DNA of 64,000 bases from the NCBI GenBank assembly GCA_965248195.1, contig CBDFIQ010000002.1:352001-416000 (forward strand), written 5' to 3'. The notes below the pieces were generated by a model. It was not told the origin of the DNA and did not search any database. It worked only from the letters and a program-made list of their open reading frames with translations. The stretch's first letter is position 1. The number at the start of each line of letters is the position of its first letter. A program made the translations under genes and the position numbers. The stretch is from Longimicrobiales bacterium (GTDB taxonomy: Bacteria; Gemmatimonadota; Gemmatimonadetes; Longimicrobiales; Gaopeijiaceae). Shown here piece after piece: positions 29,544 to 39,075 of the stretch.

Positions 29544-32500
29544 TTAGGGCAGGTTGGAGTCCGAGGGGGCCTCGAGCTCTTCGGATGCCGCAGGCAAGAC
29601 CGGCTTGGTCCGGAAAACGCTCCGGGTGACGAAGCCCTCGTGCTCGCTCGTTTCCCTCTGGATGCGATTCTCGCCGCTGGCTAGGTAGCGCAGCAGCGCG
29701 GAACTGTGCGCCAGCCCGGCGGTGGCGACGAGCTGAAGCCACTCCCCCCGAGCCGTTTCGTCGGGTGCCTCAGTAGTCGTCGCGAAGTACATGATGCGCG
29801 GATTCGTCGGCCCGCTGCCGCTAACCTCCTGGCCCGTGAGCGCCTGCGAGACGAGCATGCCGCTGTGGAAGTATTCGCGGAAGTTCTCGACATCCTGCGC
29901 GCCATACTTCCGATAGCGTGCGTAGAGGCGTTGGTTCATCTCCTCCACGGCGGGCTCTCCCGTGATCGCCGCGGCCACCGAATCGAGGATGGCGAACTGG
30001 GCGGTCGTGATGTCCTCGTACTCGTCGTCATCGACCCAGTTGAATCCCGGGATGAACCAGCCGCGGGGGGACCACCAGTCGCGTTGGCCGCCGTTGCGGC
30101 TCCGCACCCACGCGCTGTACCCGGCGAAGTACTGGACCCACTCGTGGGTGGGATACCCGTGCATGTTGATGTAGATGTCCGGAAGCCATGTCTCCCAGAG
30201 CCGCGGCCGTACCTTGGACTCCGGATAGATCGGATCGTCCGAGTCTTGGCCCGCCTCGATATCGACCCCCAACGCGCCCAGGTACCCGGCGTGCAACATG
30301 AAATCGGGGTTGGTCTCCTGCATCTGTACCGCAAGGCGGGCACCGTCGGCGTTGGTGATCGGGTGGAGCACGACGTTCACCCTTTTGAGGAGATCGGCGT
30401 ATGCCGAATCCGTCGCGAGGAGCTCCCCGAGGCGAAGGATGTGGCTTGTGCTCGACACCTCGTTGGCGTGCTGGCGTCCCGAAAGGAGCAGGGTGGGCTT
30501 CAGGGCGTTCAGCTTCGCCTGAGAAACGAGCTCGGCATCCATGGGGAGAAGAAAATCTGCGGCGTACACGTTTTGGCCCAGGAAGGATTCAGTCATGTAA
30601 TAGACGTCCACGCCTGGGAACGTGTTCAGCTTCGCCAGGATCTGATCGTTCTCGGAGGGCGGGATCGGCAAATCCCACTGTACCATCCGCTCGCCTTCAT
30701 ATCGGAAGCCGTCATCGAGAAGCACGGGGTTGTCGGTGGAGGCGGGCCCCCGGCTGCGGGGCAAGAAGGCCATCCGCGTGAACGCCGTGCTGTCCTCCAG
30801 CGTGAAACGGAACGCCAATTCCTCGACTCGATCGAGGCTCAGCGCCTCCTCGATCATCCCATTTTGGTGGAGGTCCCGCAACGCGTCGACCATCCCCGAG
30901 AGCAGTTCGATGGATAGGAAGCTCCGATCGATGCCCTCTTCGGATCCTCGGCTCCGGAATTCCTCGTAGCGGTCGGTCGAGTCGCTCACCACGACCTCGA
31001 AAAGCATCCGGGAGAGCCCCTCGTCTCGTGCGCGTACCGCGACCCCTCTGAGCTTCGGGGGGTCCACCGGCAGGCTGCTCATACGGTAGCGTTGCGTTAC
31101 GGGTTCCGACTCGGCCCGCCGCACGGTCATCTCCAACTCGGGAATGGCCCTCGCTTTGCCGGTGAAGGAGATCGTGGCGTGCCCCGGCCGGCCTGTCCCG
31201 TTGGGATCGATGTATGGAAGAATCCGCCCCCCGTAGCTCATGGGTCCGGCCCCGTAGCGTCCACCGATCAAGTTGAAGAGCGTCAGCGTCTCGAAGTAGA
31301 GATCTTCGTGTAATGCTTCCAGTGAGGAGACGACCTCTTCGTCGATGCCGATCCGGTAGTTCGGCTCGCTCATTCTGAGATCAATCCGGAACTCGTCGTA
31401 GTACGGCGCGTTCGCGGACGAGGGCCGGCCCTGCTGAATATCCATGACGTAGTCGACGATCCTCCGATACGTGTCCGTCTGGAGGACGTCCCAAAAGGTC
31501 TCGGGGTCGGTCTCGATACGGCGGTCTAGGACCGCTTGACCATCCACCTCGACGGTTACCCAACCGGTGGTCACTCGTACCTGCTCATATTCGGGAAACA
31601 GGTCGAAAAAAGGCCGTACTACGTACTTCGGGGTGAACGAGTCCTCTAACAGGATGGCTCCACCGGTACTTCGAACCGTGACCATGTAGATGGGATCGTC
31701 ATCGACCCGGGGCGTAAACGTAACGGCCGACTCGGGGATCCCGAGGTCACGCGCGAGCACAGCGTCGATCGGATAAAGCTCCTGGAGCCATCGAGTGGGG
31801 GATGCCACCCTCTGCCAACGGACCTCCTCAGATTCCTTCAGCGTGTGATAGGCGATCTCGATGCTTCCGATCGCCATGCCCCGAAGTCGTGGAAGAACGG
31901 AGTCGTTGAGCCAGCTGAATCCCTGCTTGTAGGCACTGAGAACCTCGACATCGAAAGCGTCCCGGGAGGCGCCTCGTGTCTCCAGCGCCGTTCTGATCTC
32001 AACCTCCAGCGCCTGCCGGACCTCAGGGGGTTCGCTTACCCGTACCCGGACCCGTCCCCGGCTCCCGGAGCCTATGCGGGGAAGCGCCTCGTCCCTGAAC
32101 GCGTCCCGAAACGTGTCCACCTCCCAGGGGAAGTCCAGGTTCTGCTGGAAGATGGTATCGCCGACACCGAACCCGGTCGCGTAGGTCGCTACCGAAGCCT
32201 CCGCTTCGGGGAAACGCTCTTCTATGATTTCCCGCACGAACCGGTCGAATCCCTCGGGCATCTGTTCGGCGGAGATCTCCAGGGCGATGGACTCGACCGG
32301 GGGACTCGTAACAGCGGTCGTGGCCACTGCCGGGGGGCCGTCCGCCGGGGGGCCGTCCCCCGGGGGACCCTCCGCCGCGGACGCATCCAACCGGTCCAGC
32401 CACGTCCGGAGCTTATGGGTTGCAAGGCTGAGCTGGCCTGCTGCACCCCGTCCCTGAAAGAATCGCCGGACCTCGTTTTCGACATCCTCGAGCCTGTACT

Positions 32501-35500
32501 CACCCTTGCCATGCTCCCAGAGGTAGGGGAGTCGCCGCGCAACGTAGTCGGAGACCGCGCCGAGTCCTGCTGCGTCCGATCCGGAGATGACAAGGGTGTG
32601 CTCGTCTCCAAACGCCTCGGGGACCATCTCGACGAAACCCTCGGTCGGCCCTCCGCCCTCCGTCTCGCCGCCCTCGGTCTCGCCGCCCTCCGTCGGCCCG
32701 CCGCCCGCTGTATGCAGCCGGCCTTCATCCCGAAGCCTCTCGGTTTGGTAATGGCCGACTCCGTACAGAATCGGGAACCCCAGCGTCTCGGGGTAGTCGT
32801 CCTGGCCCGCCGTCCGGACCAGGGGAAGCCGGATCCCCGCCGATTCCAACCCGATGCGCGCCGCAAGATCGACCGGCCCCGAAGGCGCGTCGGCGCCGTG
32901 GAGGGAGATGTAGGCATCCACCCGGTCGGCTACGAGGTCCTCGTTCGTGTCGCTGAAGAGACCCTGGATCGTATAGAGGCCGGAGAGGGTGAAGTCGGAC
33001 ACCTCAGGCGCAGAATACGCGGCCCCGGGCACGGTTTCGCTCACCTCGTCGGGGAGCAGGCGAATCGTCCGAGCCGCCTCGGGTCCCGATACACGAATAT
33101 CGATCCGATGGAGGTCGGCGAAATTGAGGTCGCTCCGGGCGAGGCGGTCCTGATCATCACCGCCGCTCTGAGGCGCGGGGTCGGGTGGGGAATCGGGCGG
33201 GGCGTCCGTCGGAGCGTCCGCCGCGTCCGAGACCGAATCCGGCGGCTCGAGCGCCGCCTGCGCTCGGGCGAAGGACGCGCTGTCGGGGACGCTGACGGTG
33301 GCGACGAGACGGCTCACGCCGAGCCGAGTCGCGTCTACCACGATCCGGTCGAGGGTGAGCCGATCGACCTCAACGTCCTGTTGTTCCAAAAAGGAGGAGA
33401 TCCGGTCGGCCACATCACTGAAGCTGTCGCCCTCGAGTCCCCAGACGCTGGGGTAACGGCCGGAGGCGTAATCGGCGGCCGCGATCAGTCCCGTGGCGTC
33501 GTATCCGGTGATGTGGATGCCACCCCGAGTGAAGCGCTCGTTCTCCGGCACGAAGGAAATCGCTCCCTGGCCGGGTGCCAGGCCCGCCGTGCGGTCGCCC
33601 GGCGCCTCATCAAGGCCGCCGGCGCCCTCGCCGATCAGGATGACCGGAACGTCGAAGCGGCTCGAGCTCGAAGCATCCGTCTCGGTCAACCCCAGGTTCA
33701 TCGCCGATGTCTCGTAACCCAGACGGGCTGCCAGGTTGGCCGCTGCCGTCACATGGGCTTCCCCTGGTGTGGCCGGAAGGACGATGCGGGCGTTCACGAA
33801 GTCCACGACCTGGTCACTGTTCCGATCCTCGAGTATATAGCCCGTCGCGAAGACGTCTCGGATGTCGCTGGGTGGGACCACGGAGTCCGGCGCGTTTTGC
33901 GCGGACGCACCGGAGCGTTGCCGGCGCAGTTCGTCCATCTCAATGGCTGCCCACAGCGCCATGGCGCCACCGCGGTCGTCGGGGCCGAAAATCGCCGTCC
34001 GATCGAGGTAATACTGCTTCGTTTCCCCGGCCCCCGTCGAGGTGGAGGCGTCGACCACGGCACCGTCCTCCGCGATACGTGCCGCGATGCCAAGCCAGGC
34101 CCGCTCGATTGCCGGCTCGTAAGCGTCCTCGAGCCAACCGAGCCGCACACCACGGGCCAGAGCCACGAGTGTCATGGACGTTACGGTCAGCTCTCGATAG
34201 CTGCCGGGCTCGTCCACGACCTGGTGCCACATGCCTGCGGGCCCCTGATGACCGATGAGTGCCTCGGCATGCCGACGGTAGATGTCGAGAACACGAGCGC
34301 GCTCGGCCCAATCGTCCGGAAGAAACGTCAGGGCCTCCGTCAGGCCGAGGATGGCGAATCCGTTCCCGCGGCCCCACGGGTGTGGCCCGCTCGTAGAGTG
34401 GACGAACAGGCCGTCCGGCCGTTGGAGGGTCTCTGCATAGGTTGTCAGGAGACGACCTATGATGGCTCCGTATCGGGCGTCCCCGGTACGGGCTCCGAGC
34501 CGCGACAGGAGGCTGCTTACCATGAACATGTCGTCGGTCCAGCCGGTCGGGGATCGAAGGATGGCGTCGGGCGCTTGCGGACCGTCGGGGAACGGAGGGA
34601 ACATGAACTCGGCGCCGGCGATGGCGACGGCCAGCGCTTCGTCGCTCTGCCCAGGCTCCGAGAAGTCCAGGAAAGCGAAGAGACCGGCCAGGCTGGTGAG
34701 CCGGTACGGCTCGGTCACCGCCGGTGTCTCGCCAGCTAGAAACGGGGCCATCTGGTCTCGGACCTGCTCGACCAGCGCGCCATCGCCGAGTCGAGCCGCC
34801 AGACGCAGCGTATTCGACCACGCCACTGCGGAGATGTAACTCATGGCCGGCGAGGCCGGGTGGTGGTTGGCCAGGATCTTGGCGATCTCGACCGGCGTTC
34901 GGCTGATTCTCGCGAGGATCGCGTCGTGTAACGGCGACCGGCGAAGTGATGCCGCAGCGTCGAGCAGTGATCGTAACATTTGGGGCGCGTCAACCACGCT
35001 TGTCGAGGCGCGAACCGCGGCGACCGGACCCAGTCCAGAGGGTGCACCCACCGACACCGCCGCGGCGAGCGTTCCGTCCGGGGGAGGGGGACCGTCGAGG
35101 GGAAGGGCAATCGCACTCCCCGAGATCTCCCAGGAGAGGGTCTGGCCCGATCGAACCTCCAAGACGAGGTCGGGTGATTGAAACGCCACCCAGCGCCACA
35201 AGTACCGTGATTCGGGGGCGGTCTCGTGGTTGTAGAAGCCGCCCTCCGGAGGAAAATTCGGCGTGTTCACCAGCGCACGAGCCCTGGCTGTGGACCCGGT
35301 CAGACATTGCTCGGGGTAGGCACACGGCACCGCAGTGATGGACCAGGCGCGTCGGACCTCCGCCGGGGCCTCTGTCTTGAACCACCGGAGCGCCTCGAGC
35401 ACTGCCCGCGCGCTCTCGGCCTTTCCGTCGAGTCCTCCCACGATCACAAGACGCTTTGCCGGATCCGGGATCCCACCGGTTGGCTCGAGAGTGAGGATGC

Positions 35501-35678
35501 GTTGGCCGGCCGGCGTCAAACCGGCCGCCGAGACGGTCGACGGAGCTCCCGGTAATGCGGCGACCCCTTCGACGGCGCCAAGCAGTGGGTCGCCTGTGGT
35601 CTGACCAGAGACCGCTTGCGCCGACATGAGCATCAAAGCGGCGGCAACCCCGAATCGTGCCAGGTTCTTTCTCATCAC
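29544..35678 (-). CDS. Secreted 2044-aa multidomain protein: degenerate M14-like domain, GH88/GH105-like hydrolase, two internal repeats, C-terminal M14 metallopeptidase
   Basis: Signal peptide; WTDDMFM, WGRGNGF, GMWHQVVD..SYRELT (GH105-like); SGRQHANEVSST, HPITNADG, NMHGYP (M14 zinc motifs). Confidence 0.85.
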   Translation of the reverse strand: MMRKNLARFGVAAALMLMSAQAVSGQTTGDPLLGAVEGVAALPGAPSTVSAAGLTPAGQRILTLEPTGGIPDPAKRLVIVGGLDGKAESARAVLEALRWFKTEAPAEVRRAWSITAVPCAYPEQCLTGSTARARALVNTPNFPPEGGFYNHETAPESRYLWRWVAFQSPDLVLEVRSGQTLSWEISGSAIALPLDGPPPPDGTLAAAVSVGAPSGLGPVAAVRASTSVVDAPQMLRSLLDAAASLRRSPLHDAILARISRTPVEIAKILANHHPASPAMSYISAVAWSNTLRLAARLGDGALVEQVRDQMAPFLAGETPAVTEPYRLTSLAGLFAFLDFSEPGQSDEALAVAIAGAEFMFPPFPDGPQAPDAILRSPTGWTDDMFMVSSLLSRLGARTGDARYGAIIGRLLTTYAETLQRPDGLFVHSTSGPHPWGRGNGFAILGLTEALTFLPDDWAERARVLDIYRRHAEALIGHQGPAGMWHQVVDEPGSYRELTVTSMTLVALARGVRLGWLEDAYEPAIERAWLGIAARIAEDGAVVDASTSTGAGETKQYYLDRTAIFGPDDRGGAMALWAAIEMDELRRQRSGASAQNAPDSVVPPSDIRDVFATGYILEDRNSDQVVDFVNARIVLPATPGEAHVTAAANLAARLGYETSAMNLGLTETDASSSSRFDVPVILIGEGAGGLDEAPGDRTAGLAPGQGAISFVPENERFTRGGIHITGYDATGLIAAADYASGRYPSVWGLEGDSFSDVADRISSFLEQQDVEVDRLTLDRIVVDATRLGVSRLVATVSVPDSASFARAQAALEPPDSVSDAADAPTDAPPDSPPDPAPQSGGDDQDRLARSDLNFADLHRIDIRVSGPEAARTIRLLPDEVSETVPGAAYSAPEVSDFTLSGLYTIQGLFSDTNEDLVADRVDAYISLHGADAPSGPVDLAARIGLESAGIRLPLVRTAGQDDYPETLGFPILYGVGHYQTERLRDEGRLHTAGGGPTEGGETEGGETEGGGPTEGFVEMVPEAFGDEHTLVISGSDAAGLGAVSDYVARRLPYLWEHGKGEYRLEDVENEVRRFFQGRGAAGQLSLATHKLRTWLDRLDASAAEGPPGDGPPADGPPAVATTAVTSPPVESIALEISAEQMPEGFDRFVREIIEERFPEAEASVATYATGFGVGDTIFQQNLDFPWEVDTFRDAFRDEALPRIGSGSRGRVRVRVSEPPEVRQALEVEIRTALETRGASRDAFDVEVLSAYKQGFSWLNDSVLPRLRGMAIGSIEIAYHTLKESEEVRWQRVASPTRWLQELYPIDAVLARDLGIPESAVTFTPRVDDDPIYMVTVRSTGGAILLEDSFTPKYVVRPFFDLFPEYEQVRVTTGWVTVEVDGQAVLDRRIETDPETFWDVLQTDTYRRIVDYVMDIQQGRPSSANAPYYDEFRIDLRMSEPNYRIGIDEEVVSSLEALHEDLYFETLTLFNLIGGRYGAGPMSYGGRILPYIDPNGTGRPGHATISFTGKARAIPELEMTVRRAESEPVTQRYRMSSLPVDPPKLRGVAVRARDEGLSRMLFEVVVSDSTDRYEEFRSRGSEEGIDRSFLSIELLSGMVDALRDLHQNGMIEEALSLDRVEELAFRFTLEDSTAFTRMAFLPRSRGPASTDNPVLLDDGFRYEGERMVQWDLPIPPSENDQILAKLNTFPGVDVYYMTESFLGQNVYAADFLLPMDAELVSQAKLNALKPTLLLSGRQHANEVSSTSHILRLGELLATDSAYADLLKRVNVVLHPITNADGARLAVQMQETNPDFMLHAGYLGALGVDIEAGQDSDDPIYPESKVRPRLWETWLPDIYINMHGYPTHEWVQYFAGYSAWVRSRNGGQRDWWSPRGWFIPGFNWVDDDEYEDITTAQFAILDSVAAAITGEPAVEEMNQRLYARYRKYGAQDVENFREYFHSGMLVSQALTGQEVSGSGPTNPRIMYFATTTEAPDETARGEWLQLVATAGLAHSSALLRYLASGENRIQRETSEHEGFVTRSVFRTKPVLPAASEELEAPSDSNLP

Positions 35679-35819
35679 TGCCCCCCGGTGGGAAGCCCCA
35701 CGGTACCACCGGTTTTGCGAGGTTGCCAGGGAGGGGAGAGGATCAGCAGAAGGGCGGCGCGGGCTTCGGCTTTAAGTCGAGCCCACGCCGCCCGCTGTGT
35801 AAGCGGATCGATCTGCGGT

Positions 35820-36368
35820 TCAACCGACGATCCAACCGATCAGAGCCGTCATTCGCGGCCCCCCTTCGGCCACACTCAACGCGAAGTTGATGGGTATGAA
35901 CAGGTCTCCGAAGGGAAGCGTCGCGCCAGCCGCAAAAAGCATCGACGACGTTGTTTCCCTCGAGTCCTTGCTATAGCTGAAGTTTGGGCCGACCCCGAAC
36001 TCGACGCCGTTGTCGAGCCGGTAGCCGGCGAGCCAACCGAGGGAGAGATTGAACTCGTCCTGCTCCATGCCGCCGACCAGGAGCACCCACTCCATGAGCG
36101 CCTGACTCCCATTCGGCGTGGCGATCAGCTGCGTCTCCCACTGCCATCCGAATTGGGTCATGATGGGCTCCAGGTCGGCCTGGTCCCTCTTGTCCGCCAC
36201 GTCTCCGGTGAAGACGGTAAAGCCGAAGCGAGGACCGTTCAGGTGCCGGCGGGGGACCTCCCGCGCCATTTGCGTCTCCGGTGTCGTGGGGCCTTGGGTC
36301 TGTGCCGAGGCCGCGTCGGTACTCAGGGCCAACGCGACGAACATTAAGGTGAAAATCATGCGTGACAT
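35820..36368 (-). CDS. Exported hypothetical protein, probable small beta-barrel
   Basis: Signal peptide ending ASA-QT; LNGPRFGFT, QFGWQWE, EFGVGPNFS; GGAGG RBS. Confidence 0.75.
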   Translation of the reverse strand: MSRMIFTLMFVALALSTDAASAQTQGPTTPETQMAREVPRRHLNGPRFGFTVFTGDVADKRDQADLEPIMTQFGWQWETQLIATPNGSQALMEWVLLVGGMEQDEFNLSLGWLAGYRLDNGVEFGVGPNFSYSKDSRETTSSMLFAAGATLPFGDLFIPINFALSVAEGGPRMTALIGWIVG

Positions 36369-36516
36369 CGTTCTTCCTCCTTGCGGGGGGTCCGTGTGAA
36401 ATGGTTACGGACGAACAATGCCGCTTGGGCCCGACGATACCGATACGTCAAGCTACGTAGGCGTCAGCCGGGGATTACGTAGTGCATTACGTAGGTGGAG
36501 AGGCTCCGGGCGGGTC

Positions 36517-38361
36517 CTAAAACAACTCCGAAGGATCCGGCTCGTGCGCGTCCGCCTGGTCGTAACGGTTGGGGATGAACTCCCCCGTGATCATGTCCTT
36601 GTAGGAAAGGCCGGGGCCCACCATGGGATAGACGTGGGCTTGGGGGTCGATGATGACCTCGAGGAAGGCCGGGCCGTCGAAGCTCAGGAATTCCTCCAGA
36701 ACGGTGGGCACGTCCTCCTTGCGGTCGAGACGCTTCGCGTACTGGAAGCCGTCGGCCTCAGCCGTCTTCACAAAATTCTTCTTCCTGAGCGACTTGTCGC
36801 TCGCTGAGAGGCGGCCCTTGAAGAAGAGCCGCTGCCACTGCATGACCATCCCGTCACCGAAGTTGTTCAGCACGATGATCTTGATCGGCAGGTCGTAGGT
36901 GGTGACGGTCTCGAACTCACCGAGGTTCATACGGATGCTCGCGTCGCCATCCACGTCGATGACCAGTTTGTCCGGGCGAGCGAATTGCGCTCCGATGGCG
37001 GCCGGCAGACCAAATCCCATCGTCCCCATGCTCCCGGAGGTAAGCCAAAGGCGGGGCTCCCGGAAGTCGGAGTACTGCGCGGCCCACATCTGGTGCTGGC
37101 CGACTCCAGTCGAGATGATCGCCTCGCCTTTTGTGATGCGGTTCATCGTCTCGATCACGTAGTGGGGCTGGATGAGTTCGCTCTCCCGGTCGTAATTCAG
37201 AGCGTACGTGGTCTTGAGCTCCTCGACTTCAGCATGCCAAGTCGAATAATCCGCGTTGAAATCGGTCCGGCGCCCGTACTGCGTCAGGCCATCGAGGGCG
37301 TTATTGAGAATGCCAACGTAGTGCCAGTCGGCTCGCTTGACCTTATGGATCTCTGCGGCGTCGATGTCGAAGTGGAGGACGCGGCGCGCCTTGGGCGCGA
37401 AATTGGGCGGATCACCCGCGACGCGATCATCGAAGCGCGCGCCGACGGCGATGAGTAGGTCACAGTCCTCCACGGCGTAATTCGCGAATGCCGTACCGTG
37501 CATTCCCAACATGTGAAGGCACAACGGATCCTTGGTATCGAGGCCCCCCAGTCCCATGAGCGTCGTGACGCCGGGAATGCCGAACGTTTGCGAAAACGCC
37601 CGTAGCGCCTCCGCGGCGTTGCCGTTGATCACCCCCCCGCCGGCGTAGATCAGCGGGCGTTGGCACTCGGCCAGCATGGAGAAGGCATTTGCACATTGGT
37701 CGTCGCCCAGCGTGTTTGACTCGACCGCTCTGAGCCGGTGGCGATAACCGGGAATGGGTAGAGCCCCCTCACCCTCGAACGGCCCCTCCCAATTCTGCAC
37801 GTCCTTCGGAATGTCAACCACGACCGGCCCGGGCCTCCCGGTCCGGGCGATCTCGAAGGCGGTGCGGACGGTGGACTCGAGACTCTCGGGGTCCGTGACC
37901 AGAAAAACGTGTTTGGCCACCGAACCCATGACCGCAGTGACGGGCGCCTCCTGGAACGCGTCCGTGCCAATGGCTGCCCGCGGTACCTGCCCGCAGATCA
38001 CCACGATCGGCACGGAGTCGGCCATGCAGTCCCGCACCGGCGTCACGCAGTTGGTGGCTCCCGGGCCGGAGGTGACAATCGCGACTCCAACCCCGCCGCT
38101 GGCGCGTGCGTACCCGGCCGCCATGAATCCGGCGCCCTGCTCATTGGCCGGGACGATGAGCGGCATCGGCTCCCTTCCGTCCTCGGTATGGGCCTCGTTG
38201 TATCGGAACACGGCGTCGTACGTCGGTAGAATCGCTCCCCCGCTGTACCCGAAGATCGTCCGCACGCCCTCGTCCGCGAGCACCTGTATGATGATCTCGG
38301 CGCCGCTCATGATCGTGCCCGCCCGGGCGTGTGCCGGCTTCGCTTTAGTTTCCACTTCCAT
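36517..38361 (-). CDS. ilvB: Acetolactate synthase large subunit
   Basis: FGYSGGAILP, NEQGAGF, TSGPGATN, GTDAFQE, GVGQHQMWAAQ, GSMGTMGFGLPAAIG, GDAS ThDP motif. Confidence 0.96.
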   Translation of the reverse strand: MEVETKAKPAHARAGTIMSGAEIIIQVLADEGVRTIFGYSGGAILPTYDAVFRYNEAHTEDGREPMPLIVPANEQGAGFMAAGYARASGGVGVAIVTSGPGATNCVTPVRDCMADSVPIVVICGQVPRAAIGTDAFQEAPVTAVMGSVAKHVFLVTDPESLESTVRTAFEIARTGRPGPVVVDIPKDVQNWEGPFEGEGALPIPGYRHRLRAVESNTLGDDQCANAFSMLAECQRPLIYAGGGVINGNAAEALRAFSQTFGIPGVTTLMGLGGLDTKDPLCLHMLGMHGTAFANYAVEDCDLLIAVGARFDDRVAGDPPNFAPKARRVLHFDIDAAEIHKVKRADWHYVGILNNALDGLTQYGRRTDFNADYSTWHAEVEELKTTYALNYDRESELIQPHYVIETMNRITKGEAIISTGVGQHQMWAAQYSDFREPRLWLTSGSMGTMGFGLPAAIGAQFARPDKLVIDVDGDASIRMNLGEFETVTTYDLPIKIIVLNNFGDGMVMQWQRLFFKGRLSASDKSLRKKNFVKTAEADGFQYAKRLDRKEDVPTVLEEFLSFDGPAFLEVIIDPQAHVYPMVGPGLSYKDMITGEFIPNRYDQADAHEPDPSELF

Positions 38362-38526
38362 CTTTGATTCTTGACATCCGGAGGTTTACCTGGTCGCCTC
38401 AGGAAGGTGGATAACGGGCCGCGTATTGCAAGAGGGGCCGTTCGCAGCGAAAGTTGCCTGAGCCACGAAACACCCTTCGACTTTGTGCCCTGCGTCAGGA
38501 CACTAACTAGCCTTGGGCGTCATCAC

Positions 38527-39030
38527 ATGCGGCATATCATAACAGTCTTGTTGCAGAACGAGGCGGGGGCGCTCTCCCGCGTCACGAACCTGTTTTCGAC
38601 GAGGGGCTACAACATCGAGAGCCTCAACGTGGCACCCACCGAGGACGAGACGGTCTCGCGGCTCACGGTCGTCTCGACGGGCTCGGACGCCATCATCGAT
38701 CAGATCTCGAAACATCTCGGCAAGCTGGTGGACGTCGTCAAGATCGTGGACATGACCGGTACGGATCACATCGAGCGGGAGCTGGCTCTTTTCAAGCTGC
38801 GACTCCCGAAGGGGGGACCGGAGGAGAAGCAGCTCGCGAGCATTGTCGAGGCGTTCGGAGGCCATGTGCTGGATGACTCCGGTGGACACTTCACGGTCGA
38901 GTTGATCAGCGGAGGGTCGGAGATCGACCGCTTCTTGGTGCAGGTAGCGGAGATTGCCGAGATGGAGACGTTGGCACGCAGTGGTGCCATGGCCGTTACC
39001 AAGGGGGCTCCGATTTCTACGACGGGCTGA
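38527..39030 (+). CDS. ilvN: Acetolactate synthase small subunit
   Basis: MRHIITVLLQNEAGALSRVTNLFSTRGYNIESLNV..IEREL..LARSG. Confidence 0.95.
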   Translation: MRHIITVLLQNEAGALSRVTNLFSTRGYNIESLNVAPTEDETVSRLTVVSTGSDAIIDQISKHLGKLVDVVKIVDMTGTDHIERELALFKLRLPKGGPEEKQLASIVEAFGGHVLDDSGGHFTVELISGGSEIDRFLVQVAEIAEMETLARSGAMAVTKGAPISTTG

Positions 39031-39075
39031 GAGAGGGGCAAACCCTAAACGGCCCCGGCGGTCTCACGCCTTCCA

